NCBI GenBank assembly: GCA_002793855.1
Contig: PFET01000001.1
Span: 19,520-83,519 of the forward strand
Length of the DNA: 64,000 nt
Source of the DNA: Candidatus Uhrbacteria bacterium CG10_big_fil_rev_8_21_14_0_10_48_11
GTDB lineage: Bacteria; Patescibacteriota; Patescibacteriia; GWA2-46-9
Reading direction: 5' to 3'
Position numbers and translations under genes: made by a program. The notes under the pieces were generated by a model that was not told the origin of the DNA, did not search any database, and saw only the letters and a program-made list of their open reading frames with translations. This document shows positions 42,190 to 52,944 of the stretch, piece after piece. Each line of letters begins with the position of its first letter. The stretch's first letter is position 1.

Positions 42190-42264
42190 TGGTGCCGAGG
42201 GTCAGAATCGAACTGACGACACGTGGTTCTTCAGACCACTGCTCTACCACTGAGCTACCTCGGC
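42190..42264 (-). tRNA. tRNA-Phe(GAA)
   Basis: GCCGAGGTAGCTCAG...GTGGT CTGAAGA ACCAC...CTCGGCACCA. Confidence 0.96.
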
Positions 42265-42372
42265 ATGAAGCAGAAAAAAAGTGAGTGAAAAATCAGCAAC
42301 CTCAACACTGACGTAAACAAAAGAATACGATATTTATTCTCAAAAATCAAGTATGGACGAGGGCCAGAACAT

Positions 42373-42906
42373 CTAAGTGTTCTGGCCCCAAAATGCTGTC
42401 TGTTGTTTGTTTTGTCCCCGTTCTTCAGCATCCTCCTTGTTTGTCCAATAGCTTCTGGACATCCTCTGCCGCTTCTTTTGAAGCTGCAGTGTTGGTTCTA
42501 CTTGGTACTCGCTTGGCAGCCACTCCGCTATTACGACAGTAATGGCAGTAAAGCCATCAGCATCGTAACCAAACAGTAAATTCCAATCGGACTTTAACCT
42601 TTGGTTTCGACCTAAAGGTAAACCTCGCTTATAGATAGCGGCTACGCTCGACGGCTGGTCAAGCTTCATCTGAACGCCATGCATGAGAAGATGACGCGTC
42701 TCTTTCGACAATGCTGTCAGCCCGATGCCATACGCGCCTCTAATGAGGCTAATTACCTCATGTGGCACCATGTTGGCAAATAGTCTATGCCAAGCCTTAT
42801 GACGCTTCTGCGAAACCCTCCGAATATTATCGCTATCTCGCTTCCGCTCTGGACACCGGCTGCGGGGCAGCAGATGATGATTCGCTACATTGCCCGAGTT
42901 GCTCAC
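42373..42906 (-). CDS. Hypothetical protein with N-terminal HNH-like motif
   Basis: NHHLLPRSR...N...V...RHKAWHRLF. Confidence 0.55.
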   Translation of the reverse strand: MSNSGNVANHHLLPRSRCPERKRDSDNIRRVSQKRHKAWHRLFANMVPHEVISLIRGAYGIGLTALSKETRHLLMHGVQMKLDQPSSVAAIYKRGLPLGRNQRLKSDWNLLFGYDADGFTAITVVIAEWLPSEYQVEPTLQLQKKRQRMSRSYWTNKEDAEERGQNKQQTAFWGQNT

Positions 42907-43164
42907 CGGATTTCCTCCTTTATCCTTGCAGGAAAGAGGTAACTTTTCCTCATTCTTACCCTACAACCTACTGGCTGTTTAATCAAATAACAAAGCCACA
43001 AAACCAGATGGGGTAATGAAATTGTCTAAGTATGCAGGGTTTACACTTACCCCTCCTCTTGCTATAGTGCTCGCACGCAAAATGACGGCGCGTAGCCACG
43101 ACGCTTCGGTCGGGATTCCGACATAAGGAGCATCATCGGCGCTTCCTTAACAACGATCCATTAC

Positions 43165-43241
43165 GGGCGCGTAGCTCAGCTGGTTAGAGCACTTCACTGA
43201 TAATGAAGAGGTCGATGGTTCGAGTCCATCCGCGCCCACCA
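43165..43241 (+). tRNA. tRNA-Ile(GAT)
   Basis: GGGCGCGTAGCTCAG...CTTCA CTGATAA TGAAG...CGCGCCCACCA. Confidence 0.96.
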
Positions 43242-43420
43242 TCCTTCACTCTCCGAGCTTCGGATGGCACAGCCATCCTAAAAAAAGTAAAGTATGCCGA
43301 GCGAACGCAATGTATCGAGGGACAAACTCCTGCAGTGTTCCATCGAAGATTCTGGTGTTAAGGTTTAATGAAAAATAAATTTAAATAAAAACTACCTAGC
43401 TTTTCGCTAGGATTTTTTAT

Positions 43421-44269
43421 TTACCACCACATCAGATGAATGACTTCGACAAGCCCCCAAAGCGCAATGCCGATAAAAGCGATAGATCCAAAAAGTGCTA
43501 TGATAGCATTTTGCACAGTCCTAATGGTGCGCTCAGGTGAAAGGTAGACAAAAATATTGAGGAGCATATGACCGACAAAAACGCCAATGGCAAAACCAAA
43601 CACATTTACAATATTAAACAAGGTAACGTAGCCAGCAAAATCATCGAGGCCAAGAATAAACGGTACCGTAAAGGCAAGTACAAAAACTGCCCACAAGGTT
43701 TTACGCTTCGTTTCCTTCACTTTTACGTCAGGCAAGATAAAGCGAACAATTTGCAAAACCAAATTATTGACCGGACGAAGAACGCCGCTGATAGACCGAG
43801 CAATTTTTTGCGTAAACAAACTGGTGCCGCTCTTATTTTGCAACGTATGCTCTAAACTGTCTTCGGCAAGACGCAACAAAACGAATGACGCGATAGTGAC
43901 CATAAACGCCAAGAGCCATCGTACCTCTTTAAAAAATGCCCAGACAATTAAAATAGCGAAAGTACCAATGCCGTTCCCAAGCGCCGTGCCAATTTCAATC
44001 GCCACTCTGTTTTTCCAGCCGCGGTGCTTTGCCATCAAGTGCCCCATATAGATGGCAAAATCAACCGCGGTCTTAAGGTAAATCGTGAGACCCACAACAA
44101 TATCCCACCAACGAAGTTCGAGGTGTATTGGTGTTGCAATAAATCGATTGAGCGTCAAAATTTCTATAAAAAGAACACCCACAAGAACAGCACAAACTAC
44201 AGCGGTAAGTATCAAAGGGACAACTTGCGCCTCCAAAAATGTTTCTCTTTTTTGTGCTAATAGTTTCAT
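43421..44269 (-). CDS. Polytopic membrane protein, possibly CadD/LysE-superfamily transporter
   Basis: About 7 TM helices in two halves with AVDFA and GLDDFAGY motifs. Confidence 0.55.
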   Translation of the reverse strand: MKLLAQKRETFLEAQVVPLILTAVVCAVLVGVLFIEILTLNRFIATPIHLELRWWDIVVGLTIYLKTAVDFAIYMGHLMAKHRGWKNRVAIEIGTALGNGIGTFAILIVWAFFKEVRWLLAFMVTIASFVLLRLAEDSLEHTLQNKSGTSLFTQKIARSISGVLRPVNNLVLQIVRFILPDVKVKETKRKTLWAVFVLAFTVPFILGLDDFAGYVTLFNIVNVFGFAIGVFVGHMLLNIFVYLSPERTIRTVQNAIIALFGSIAFIGIALWGLVEVIHLMWW

Positions 44270-44390
44270 GGTCTACCCGTCAGTCTACACTAAATAAGAA
44301 TACCTCGAACAGGCATCTCTAAGGCACTTCACGTCCTCACTTCAAGCAATCAAGTTAAGCGCAATTCGCAAACCTTAAACTTGTACAACA

Positions 44391-44419
44391 AAAACCCTCG
44401 GTTAGACCCGAGGGTTTTT
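44391..44419 (-). terminator. Terminator of the 16S rRNA transcript
   Basis: ACCCTCGG/CCGAGGGT hairpin flanked by A/T runs. Confidence 0.7.
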
Positions 44420-44548
44420 GGTTTACAACTGCAAAGTGGTAAGAAAATCTCCGTTTAGTTTATTGCCACCCCTTGCGGGGATCCGATACAAAGTATCAGA
44501 GTCGACTAGCTGTGTACCGACGTGAGATTGGTACACGTAAATCTCCTT

Positions 44549-46169
<1,621 letters not shown>

Positions 46170-47018
46170 ATCATCCTTGCTCCCACCCGAAAGTGAAGAG
46201 TAGGTATGATGTAACCCTCTCTACTCAATAAAGCAGAGAGGGGTGGTTACGATATAGACACACCGTCTATATCCAGAACCAAGAAATGTTACGGAGATTT
46301 CTTACCACTTTGCAATTGTCAACGAGCGATAGCTTTCCTCGTTTCTGAGGAAAGAAAAAGAGAGAAACCAAAGTTTCGCCCTTTTTCCTACCTCCGAACA
46401 TATGTTCAGGGATACTCCTAAATTGCTAAAAAAGGTATAAGCCGATAGATTGTGAACTAGTGAATGAGCTAGATAATAATAAAACCCCTCGCGGGGGTTG
46501 TCAAGGGTCTAATTTGCCGAGTCCAGGAGGGAGACAAGCCACGAACTTGGTGTCGTGCTTGCTCCCTCCGAGGGCTCGGGTTGTGGGCCGCCTTAGCGCG
46601 CCCGCGAAAAAAAGATCGGACGAGTGGTGGTACGAAAGCTCCATACCACCAGTGCTACGGACTTGCCAAACGCAGTGGCAATCAGCCACCACATAAAGAT
46701 CATCTGCGCGATTTGCTGGTCCATTCTGCCTCCTCTCAGGTTGTTGAGAAAAATACTACGCCCGTATGTAAAAATCGTCAAGAGGTATTGGAGCCCGGAG
46801 GAGACGCGGCAGCGCCTCCTCAAGCTCGTCGGTGATGTTGTCGAACCACCGACCAAACGCTTCACTGGACGTCAGCGGGTACGACGCGTTGCGCAACCAA
46901 ATAACTCCTGCCACGAACGCTACCATGCCGCTGATGCCGAAATCCACTCCAATGCATAGCGCGTACCTCCTTGGTCGGTCTGACCTTATTGCAATCCTAC
47001 GAGCCGAAACAAGCAAGG

Positions 47019-47720
47019 TCAAGTTTTCTTTTTCCTTTTACTCTTCCGCCACAGTTCAATTTTTTTATGATCCCCCGTCAGCAATAGCTTTGGCACACGA
47101 TACTTCTTGCCTTTCCATTTCAGTACTTCGGGTCGCGTATAGTGCGGGTACTCAAGCTCCCCATTGTCTTCCGCCTCTTCTTTAACCAAGGCATCCCAGT
47201 GTGATTCTTCGGCAAGCGAGGCAAGACGAATAACCCCCGGTACCAGTCGAGCAACAGCAGAAATAAGTACCATGGCGGCGACGTCCCCATCGGTCGTCAC
47301 ATAAGGACCAATGGAGACCTCTTCTGCTTTCAGCGCGGTCTTCACTCGTTCGTCAATCCCCTCGTAACGACTGGAGATGAGTATAAGCTGGTCGTACTGC
47401 TTCGCCCAACGGTAGGCGGTCTTTTGGGTAAAGGGTTTTCCTTTGGCAGACAAGATGACAACCTTACGTTTTGCTTTCTTTACGTCACTTCCTTTGGTGA
47501 TGCTTGCTACGGTCTTTAAAATTGGCTCGGCTATCATCACCATTCCTGCTCCGCCGCCATATGGGCGATCGTCAGCCGTATGATGTTTGTCTGTGGCCTC
47601 GTCACGAATGTTGTGAGTGTGAATACTAACTAATTTTTTTTCTTGAGCGCGTTTCAAAATGGACTCGTTGAGATACGAATCAAAAATGTGCGGGAAGAGA
47701 GTGAGGATATCAATACACAT
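47019..47720 (-). CDS. trmD: tRNA (guanine37-N1)-methyltransferase
   Basis: ILTLFP, DDRPYGGGAGMV, RYEGIDER, EYPHYTRP, LLTGDH. Confidence 0.96.
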   Translation of the reverse strand: MCIDILTLFPHIFDSYLNESILKRAQEKKLVSIHTHNIRDEATDKHHTADDRPYGGGAGMVMIAEPILKTVASITKGSDVKKAKRKVVILSAKGKPFTQKTAYRWAKQYDQLILISSRYEGIDERVKTALKAEEVSIGPYVTTDGDVAAMVLISAVARLVPGVIRLASLAEESHWDALVKEEAEDNGELEYPHYTRPEVLKWKGKKYRVPKLLLTGDHKKIELWRKSKRKKKT

Positions 47721-47762
47721 ACTTCGATGCTAGCAGTAATAAGGCACACTGCCTAGATAGCA

Positions 47763-47788
47763 AAACGGGCGACCTAAATCGCCCGTTT
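47763..47788. terminator. Hairpin between khpA and trmD
   Basis: AAACGGGCGA-CCTAAA-TCGCCCGTTT. Confidence 0.6.
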
Positions 47789-47808
47789 TATTTTTGCTTT
47801 ACGTTGCG

Positions 47809-48192
47809 CTAGATGCGCAGGTCGTCAACGGCGCTCGTGTCGATGTCTTCCATTTCATCTTTCGGAGCGGCAGTCTGACGAGGAGCTGAGTGAGGGGCTG
47901 AAGAGCCACCCGCAGCTTCTCGCTGTTCTTGCCGTGCACGACGCAACTCTTCCGGTTCGTAAATTTTGAGGTTTACGCGAGCGTTGTTCTTAGCGCCGAC
48001 AATGCGGAGCAAGGTGCGAAGTGAACGGGCAGTCTGGCCGCTGCGGCCAATGATGTAGCCCATGTCTTCCTTGTCGACGTGCAGGGTAATGAGTACCCCC
48101 ATTTCATCAACGGTGCGTTCGGCCTTCACGGCTTCCGGCTTGTTGACGAGTGCTTTGACAACGTACTCAACAAATTCCTGATCTTTTTCCAT
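47809..48192 (-). CDS. khpA: KH domain RNA-binding protein KhpA
   Basis: DMGYIIGRSGQTA GxxG loop; rpsP-khpA-trmD synteny. Confidence 0.9.
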   Translation of the reverse strand: MEKDQEFVEYVVKALVNKPEAVKAERTVDEMGVLITLHVDKEDMGYIIGRSGQTARSLRTLLRIVGAKNNARVNLKIYEPEELRRARQEQREAAGGSSAPHSAPRQTAAPKDEMEDIDTSAVDDLRI

Positions 48193-48387
48193 GGTGTTCG
48201 TTTCTAATCTTAACAGATAAGACGTCCAGTACTGTCGACCTATTTTTTATGATCTGGCCAAAGCCGATCCATCCAGTCTGGTGAGAAAGAAGATAGCATT
48301 ATATGTGTTTAATGTCAATTCAACATTTAATAAACCTGGCCACTAACGTGGCCGTAGATTGTCTATTTCTTTATTCGGGCAAAGAAA

Positions 48388-48654
48388 CGATGGTGGAAAG
48401 TCCGCCGAAGACCGATCCGCCTCTGGCGGAAAACCCCGCCCTACGCCGACACTTACAATCAGTGGACATTCCTATGACTCACCGACGACGGTGAACTCAC
48501 CAGCTCTTTCCTGAAATACGGCAGGACTGAAAGGGCTGGGTCAAACAGCACCATCGTTACTCAACTCGTCAGTCGTCCGCCCATTCTCCTCGGTCGTCGA
48601 AGGGGTCGTGAAAAGGAAAAACGCCACGCCGGAACGCTAAAGGGGTAGGCACGT
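48388..48654 (+). ncRNA. Candidate structured RNA of unknown class
   Basis: ACGATGGTG/CACCATCGT long-range helix, CCAGCTCTTTC/GAAAGGGCTGG with U.G, nested hairpins; no credible ORF. Confidence 0.4.
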
Positions 48655-48660
48655 AAAGAA

Positions 48661-48692
48661 AAAGAATTACATAATTAATTATGTAATTCTTT
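48661..48692. repeat. Perfect 32-bp AT-rich palindrome
   Basis: AAAGAATTACATAATT|AATTATGTAATTCTTT. Confidence 0.95.
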
Positions 48693-48720
48693 CTTGTAGC
48701 TTTTTGAGCGAAAATCCCAT

Positions 48721-48847
48721 CGTACCGGCTGTGAGCGCGGGAAGGAACGAGTGGTAGCTAGATACGAACAAGCTGTCTGACGAAGCGGGAGACGAGGAGT
48801 GCTTGTTCGTCACCACTCGTCCTGAAGCGCGCCGTCAGCCGGGTACG
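48721..48847. repeat. ~127-nt rod-like inverted repeat (MITE-like or small RNA)
   Basis: CGTACCGGCTG/CAGCCGGGTACG, ACGAGTGGT/ACCACTCGT, ACGAACAAGC/GCTTGTTCGT. Confidence 0.7.
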
Positions 48848-49060
48848 TAGGGGGTCATTTTCTGATTACTTTATTCGGCCTCGACGCTTATTTAATATTG
48901 TAAGGAATCGGAGTCCCGACTGATCGTCGGGAGCGAGCAAGAAATGAGGCAACCTACAGTCCCGACGTTACGTTGGGACAAGATTCACAAATAAAAACCA
49001 ATCATTACTAAAAACAAAAAGCCCCTTGCGGGGCTCTTCTTAAAATCTTAATTTTATCCT

Positions 49061-49591
49061 TTACTCTGTCTTTGCTTCTTCCTTGTCCGCCGTAGCCTCG
49101 GCGGAGGTGGAGGTCGATGCTTCCGCTTTTGACTCTTCTTTTGTCTCTTCGGGTTTTGCCTCTTCCTTTACCTCTTCAGGCTTTGCTTTAGCTTCTTCTT
49201 TGTTCTCCGTCTTGTCCGTCGTAGCCTCGGCGGAGGCGGAAGCTTTAGCGGAGGCAGAAGCCGCTTCTTCCGCATCATTCTTCTTTGTCGCTTCCTCGGC
49301 AATTGCCGCCTGCTTCTTTCGACTTACCTTCACAATCCGAGCCTTCTCACCTTCGATAATCTTCTGGTCAATCAAAATATTGCGCACTGTATCTGAAGTA
49401 GTCGCCCCCTCACTGAGCCAGTACTTGATACGGTCTTCCTTTAGCACATAGGCACGCGGGTTTGAACGCGGGTTAAAAGAACCCACAATTTCAATATGCG
49501 AACCCCACGGATCGCGTCCTTTTTCCTGGACGACAAACCGATAGGTCGGCTGCTTTCGTTTTCCAACACGGCTCAATCGAATAGTTACCAT
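49061..49591 (-). CDS. rpsP: 30S ribosomal protein S16 with long acidic C-terminal tail
   Basis: MVTIRLSRVGKRKQPTYR..., WLSEGA..SDTV. Confidence 0.96.
   Translation of the reverse strand: MVTIRLSRVGKRKQPTYRFVVQEKGRDPWGSHIEIVGSFNPRSNPRAYVLKEDRIKYWLSEGATTSDTVRNILIDQKIIEGEKARIVKVSRKKQAAIAEEATKKNDAEEAASASAKASASAEATTDKTENKEEAKAKPEEVKEEAKPEETKEESKAEASTSTSAEATADKEEAKTE
49082..49255. repeat. Two in-frame 30-bp palindromic elements within rpsP
   Basis: CTTGTCCGYCGTAGCCTCGGCGGAGGYGGA at 49082-49111 and 49211-49240. Confidence 0.85.
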
Positions 49592-50052
49592 AAATTGCTT
49601 ACGTTACAGGTTCCCGCACTATAGATGAAAAATAAAATCTCGTCAAGGATTTGCTCAATAACCGTAAACCCTTTTGCCCGAGCCCTCTCTGCTGTTGCCC
49701 TGTCGGCATTTGACAGCACAACTTCGCCAGTAGGTCGCACGTGCCAGCGATTGAAGCCCCCTTCCCCATACATTGTTGCTGAGTGGGCCCTTCCGATGTG
49801 CTGTTCTCGTTCTTTCGGGTCTTCAATAGTTGCAAGTTCTGTTCGAATACGTTTAGTCCCATCACCCTGCAAATAGTTCGTTGCTTGATTGATTCCGTTT
49901 CTACCTCCTGCTCAGGATGCCACGAAGGCGTCAACGGTGATGCCTTCAATTTCTGCCATAGCTTGTAACGTGCCCTTATCATCAGTCAGGAGATGCCGAC
50001 CCAAAACAACTTTCTCTTCATTGCGTTCGGGTTTCGATAGCTGCTCGGTCAT
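49585..50052 (-). pseudogene. Hypothetical protein gene (156 codons) with one in-frame TGA
   Basis: ATG at 50052 MTEQLSKPE...FVAS*AGG... continues in frame into the 95-aa ORF; TGA at 49912-49914. Confidence 0.55.
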
Positions 50053-50093
50053 ACTAAGGATTTTGAGAACAACAAAAACATGGTTACCTCTTT

Positions 50094-50578
50094 TTACTTA
50101 CTCTTTTCGAACGCTCCGGTTTTACGGTTTTTTCGACAATTGTCATAAGGTAAAACACGGCCATTCATTGCAACGTAAACACCGTGCGGCAATGTTTGGG
50201 CAAAGGCGAGAGCGGCGCCAAGGTTAAAGAGACCATCAGAACTGCCAAATTTATACGGAATAATCGCCCCGACTAGTACAACCGTCTTGTCGTGAATGGT
50301 TGCAGCAATCGCTTTTGCCGTTTTCACCATCGTGTCCGTTCCATGAGTTACTATCACCCGATCTGCCGTTGATCGTTTTATACTACGGATGATTCTTTGA
50401 CGGTCGTCGTTAGTCATAGCCAAGCTATCGCTCATCATCAATGTTTTCGCGTCTACGTTTACCCGGTTGCGACCTCACTTTAACGTTTTAGAAACGTGCG
50501 TCTTCTTAAAAAACAGAGTCCCCACTACCTCGTTGTACTCTTTGCCAAACGTACCGCCGGTTACAAATATTTGCCATA
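50094..50578 (-). pseudogene. Short-form asparaginase pseudogene
   Basis: IFVTGGTF...(frameshift, TGA)...VTHGTDTM...LVGA.IP..SDG.FN. Confidence 0.85.
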
Positions 50579-50581
50579 TGA

Positions 50582-52813
50582 TTACTCCTTCTGAACATCC
50601 TCTAGCTTCAAGGACAGCACCTTCGAGGCGCCATCATCACCCATAGTGATACCGTAGAGAATGTTCGCCTGCTGCATACTGGCGCGATTGTGGGTAATAA
50701 CAATAAACTGCGTGCGATGAGAAAGCTGATCGATAATTTCGGCGAAGCGAACCGAGTTTGCTTCGTCCAATGCGGCGTCTACTTCGTCCAACACCACAAA
50801 AGGCGACGGATTCGAAGAAATAATGGCGCAGATAAGGGCAAGCGAGGTCAGCGCGCGCTCTCCACCAGAAAGCATACTGATATTTTTTAATCGCTTACTG
50901 GGCGGGGTCGCCTGAATGTCGATGCCAACTCGCTCCGGCGCGTTGCGATTTACCGTCTCTTCTTCCTCGGCGACGTCCTCCTCGTCCTCGTCGTCAGTAA
51001 CTGCAGCGCTAATGGTCGGCAATGCAACGCGAACCAATTTTGCCGTGCCGCCATTAAACAAAATTTTGAAGAAACGCTCGAAGTCGATACTGATGCGGTG
51101 AAACGATTCGTTAAACTGACGGGTAATAGTTTCGTCAAGTTCCTTAATAATTTTTCTGAGATCGACAATGGCTTTGCGTAAATCTTCTGCCTCGCCGGTC
51201 AAAAAATCGTACCGAGATTTTGTCTCCTCGTACTCTTTGGCGGTCTCTTCGTCGATGGTACCAATCTCTGCCAGGCGACGTTTCAAACTTTCGATGCGCT
51301 GCCGCATAGCCATTTTTTCCGGCACCGAATACACGGTGCGATCAGGCGCTGGAACCTGTCCTTCGAGTTCTTCTTCAAGCTCACGATCAAGCGCTTCTTT
51401 CTCGGTCTGTAGACGTGCCAATGCAACTTTATACTCATTCTCTTTTTCAACCAGTACGCTTAGGGCTTCCCGTGTCTGGCGAATGTTTCGCTCCAGTTCG
51501 AAGACCGCCTTATTTTTCTGCTGCTCGTCTTCGTGAAACCGCTTCATTGCCTCCCCAACTGCTGCCAACTTTTCAGCAACCTTTTGCTCCTCCTCCTGCA
51601 GTTGACGAACAGTTTCTTTGAGTGCTTGACGGGCGGTTTCGTTTTCTGTTTCTGCGCCAAAAATTTGACTCTTCAACTGCTGAATGTGCGTCTGCAATCT
51701 GGTAAGCGAGCCACGCAGCGCGAGGTGAGCTGCTTCCGCCGATTGCTCGGCGGCGGCGGTGAGTTCCGCTATGGCCGCCTCAAGGTCGTAATAGATACCG
51801 GCCAACGCTTCTGATGATTGCTCGCCGCGCCGATTGCGGTTAGCTTCACTGGCAAGCGCAGTGCGCGCCTCAACCAATTTTTCACGAAGCGCCGTGCGGG
51901 CATCCCACAAACGCTGATGATTGGCTTCTAGCTGCTGGAAGCGTTCGTTAACTGAGGTTGCCTGTTCTAACTTGGCAAAAGCTTCTTCTAGCTGTGCCAA
52001 CGCAGCTGCAGTTGCTTCTCTATCTGCCTGTGCTTTCTCCTTGGCGTTTGTCGTCTGACGCAACGCTTCGCTATTTTCGTAACAAATCGAACCGTAATAC
52101 TGCGTTCGCACCGCGGCAAGTTCTTGCATCACCTCTTCGCGGCGTTCTAGTCGATGTACTTGGCGCGTGAGCGAGCGCAATCGTGGTGTAATTTCGTTTA
52201 CCAAAACCTCCCCTTGGCGCAGGTTATCTTCGGTCAGTGTCAGCTTGTGCTCCGCATCTTCACGCTTAAGCTGCAGCGGCCGCGTACCGGAGGCTTCATC
52301 AAAATAACTCTTGCGCTCTAAAGGGCTAGCCATTAAAAAAGCGTCAACCATACCCTGACCGATGATGCTGTACGTTTTCTGCCCAAAACTGGCCTCTGCC
52401 AAAAGCATGGTAACGTCTTGCAGACGTACCTTCTTCTTGTTTAATAAATACTCCGATTCACCGCTTCGAAAAAGCCGACGTGTAATAACCACCTGACTGT
52501 AGTCAATGGGCGCCTGTTTGTCTTCGTTGTTAAGGTAAAGTGAAACCTCTGCCATACCGACGCGCGCAAGCTTTTCGGTACCCGAAAAAATAAGGTCTTC
52601 CGATTTTTTTCCACGAATCGATTTGAGGCTTTGTTCCCCCATTACCCAGCGAAGCGCATCGGCAAAGTTTGATTTCCCTGAGCCGTTTGGCCCCACAATG
52701 GCCGCAACTCCCCGCTGTTCGCTGCCGCGAGGCTGCGGAAAATGCAAAACGGTTTTATGGACAAAAGTTTTAAATCCTTGTAGCTCTAGTTTTTCTAAAT
52801 GCACAGCCGCCAA
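50582..52813 (-). CDS. smc: SMC-family chromosome segregation ATPase (short form)
   Basis: GFKTF, GPNGSGKSN, LSGGE, VLDEVDAALD, ITH; coiled-coil middle. Confidence 0.93.
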   Translation of the reverse strand: MAAVHLEKLELQGFKTFVHKTVLHFPQPRGSEQRGVAAIVGPNGSGKSNFADALRWVMGEQSLKSIRGKKSEDLIFSGTEKLARVGMAEVSLYLNNEDKQAPIDYSQVVITRRLFRSGESEYLLNKKKVRLQDVTMLLAEASFGQKTYSIIGQGMVDAFLMASPLERKSYFDEASGTRPLQLKREDAEHKLTLTEDNLRQGEVLVNEITPRLRSLTRQVHRLERREEVMQELAAVRTQYYGSICYENSEALRQTTNAKEKAQADREATAAALAQLEEAFAKLEQATSVNERFQQLEANHQRLWDARTALREKLVEARTALASEANRNRRGEQSSEALAGIYYDLEAAIAELTAAAEQSAEAAHLALRGSLTRLQTHIQQLKSQIFGAETENETARQALKETVRQLQEEEQKVAEKLAAVGEAMKRFHEDEQQKNKAVFELERNIRQTREALSVLVEKENEYKVALARLQTEKEALDRELEEELEGQVPAPDRTVYSVPEKMAMRQRIESLKRRLAEIGTIDEETAKEYEETKSRYDFLTGEAEDLRKAIVDLRKIIKELDETITRQFNESFHRISIDFERFFKILFNGGTAKLVRVALPTISAAVTDDEDEEDVAEEEETVNRNAPERVGIDIQATPPSKRLKNISMLSGGERALTSLALICAIISSNPSPFVVLDEVDAALDEANSVRFAEIIDQLSHRTQFIVITHNRASMQQANILYGITMGDDGASKVLSLKLEDVQKE

Positions 52814-52944
52814 GATAAATTAACAAAACGACATACCCACAATGAGTATCTCAATGACGTCTATACCAGTATACGTGAAAATGTATGCTGTCGTCGAGAG
52901 ATGACAAACCTGCCAAAACGGCGGTCGTGTGATACAATAATGCT

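Noticed and set aside
46501-47022. Possible gene or pseudogene downstream of trmD
   Set aside because: Competing short ORFs with no recognisable motif; no frame can be chosen from sequence alone
48393-48410. GGAAAGTCC resembling the RNase P RNA P4 motif
   Set aside because: GTCCGCC belongs to the palindromic repeat family, and no matching 3' P4 strand (AGAA..CGGCUUA) was found
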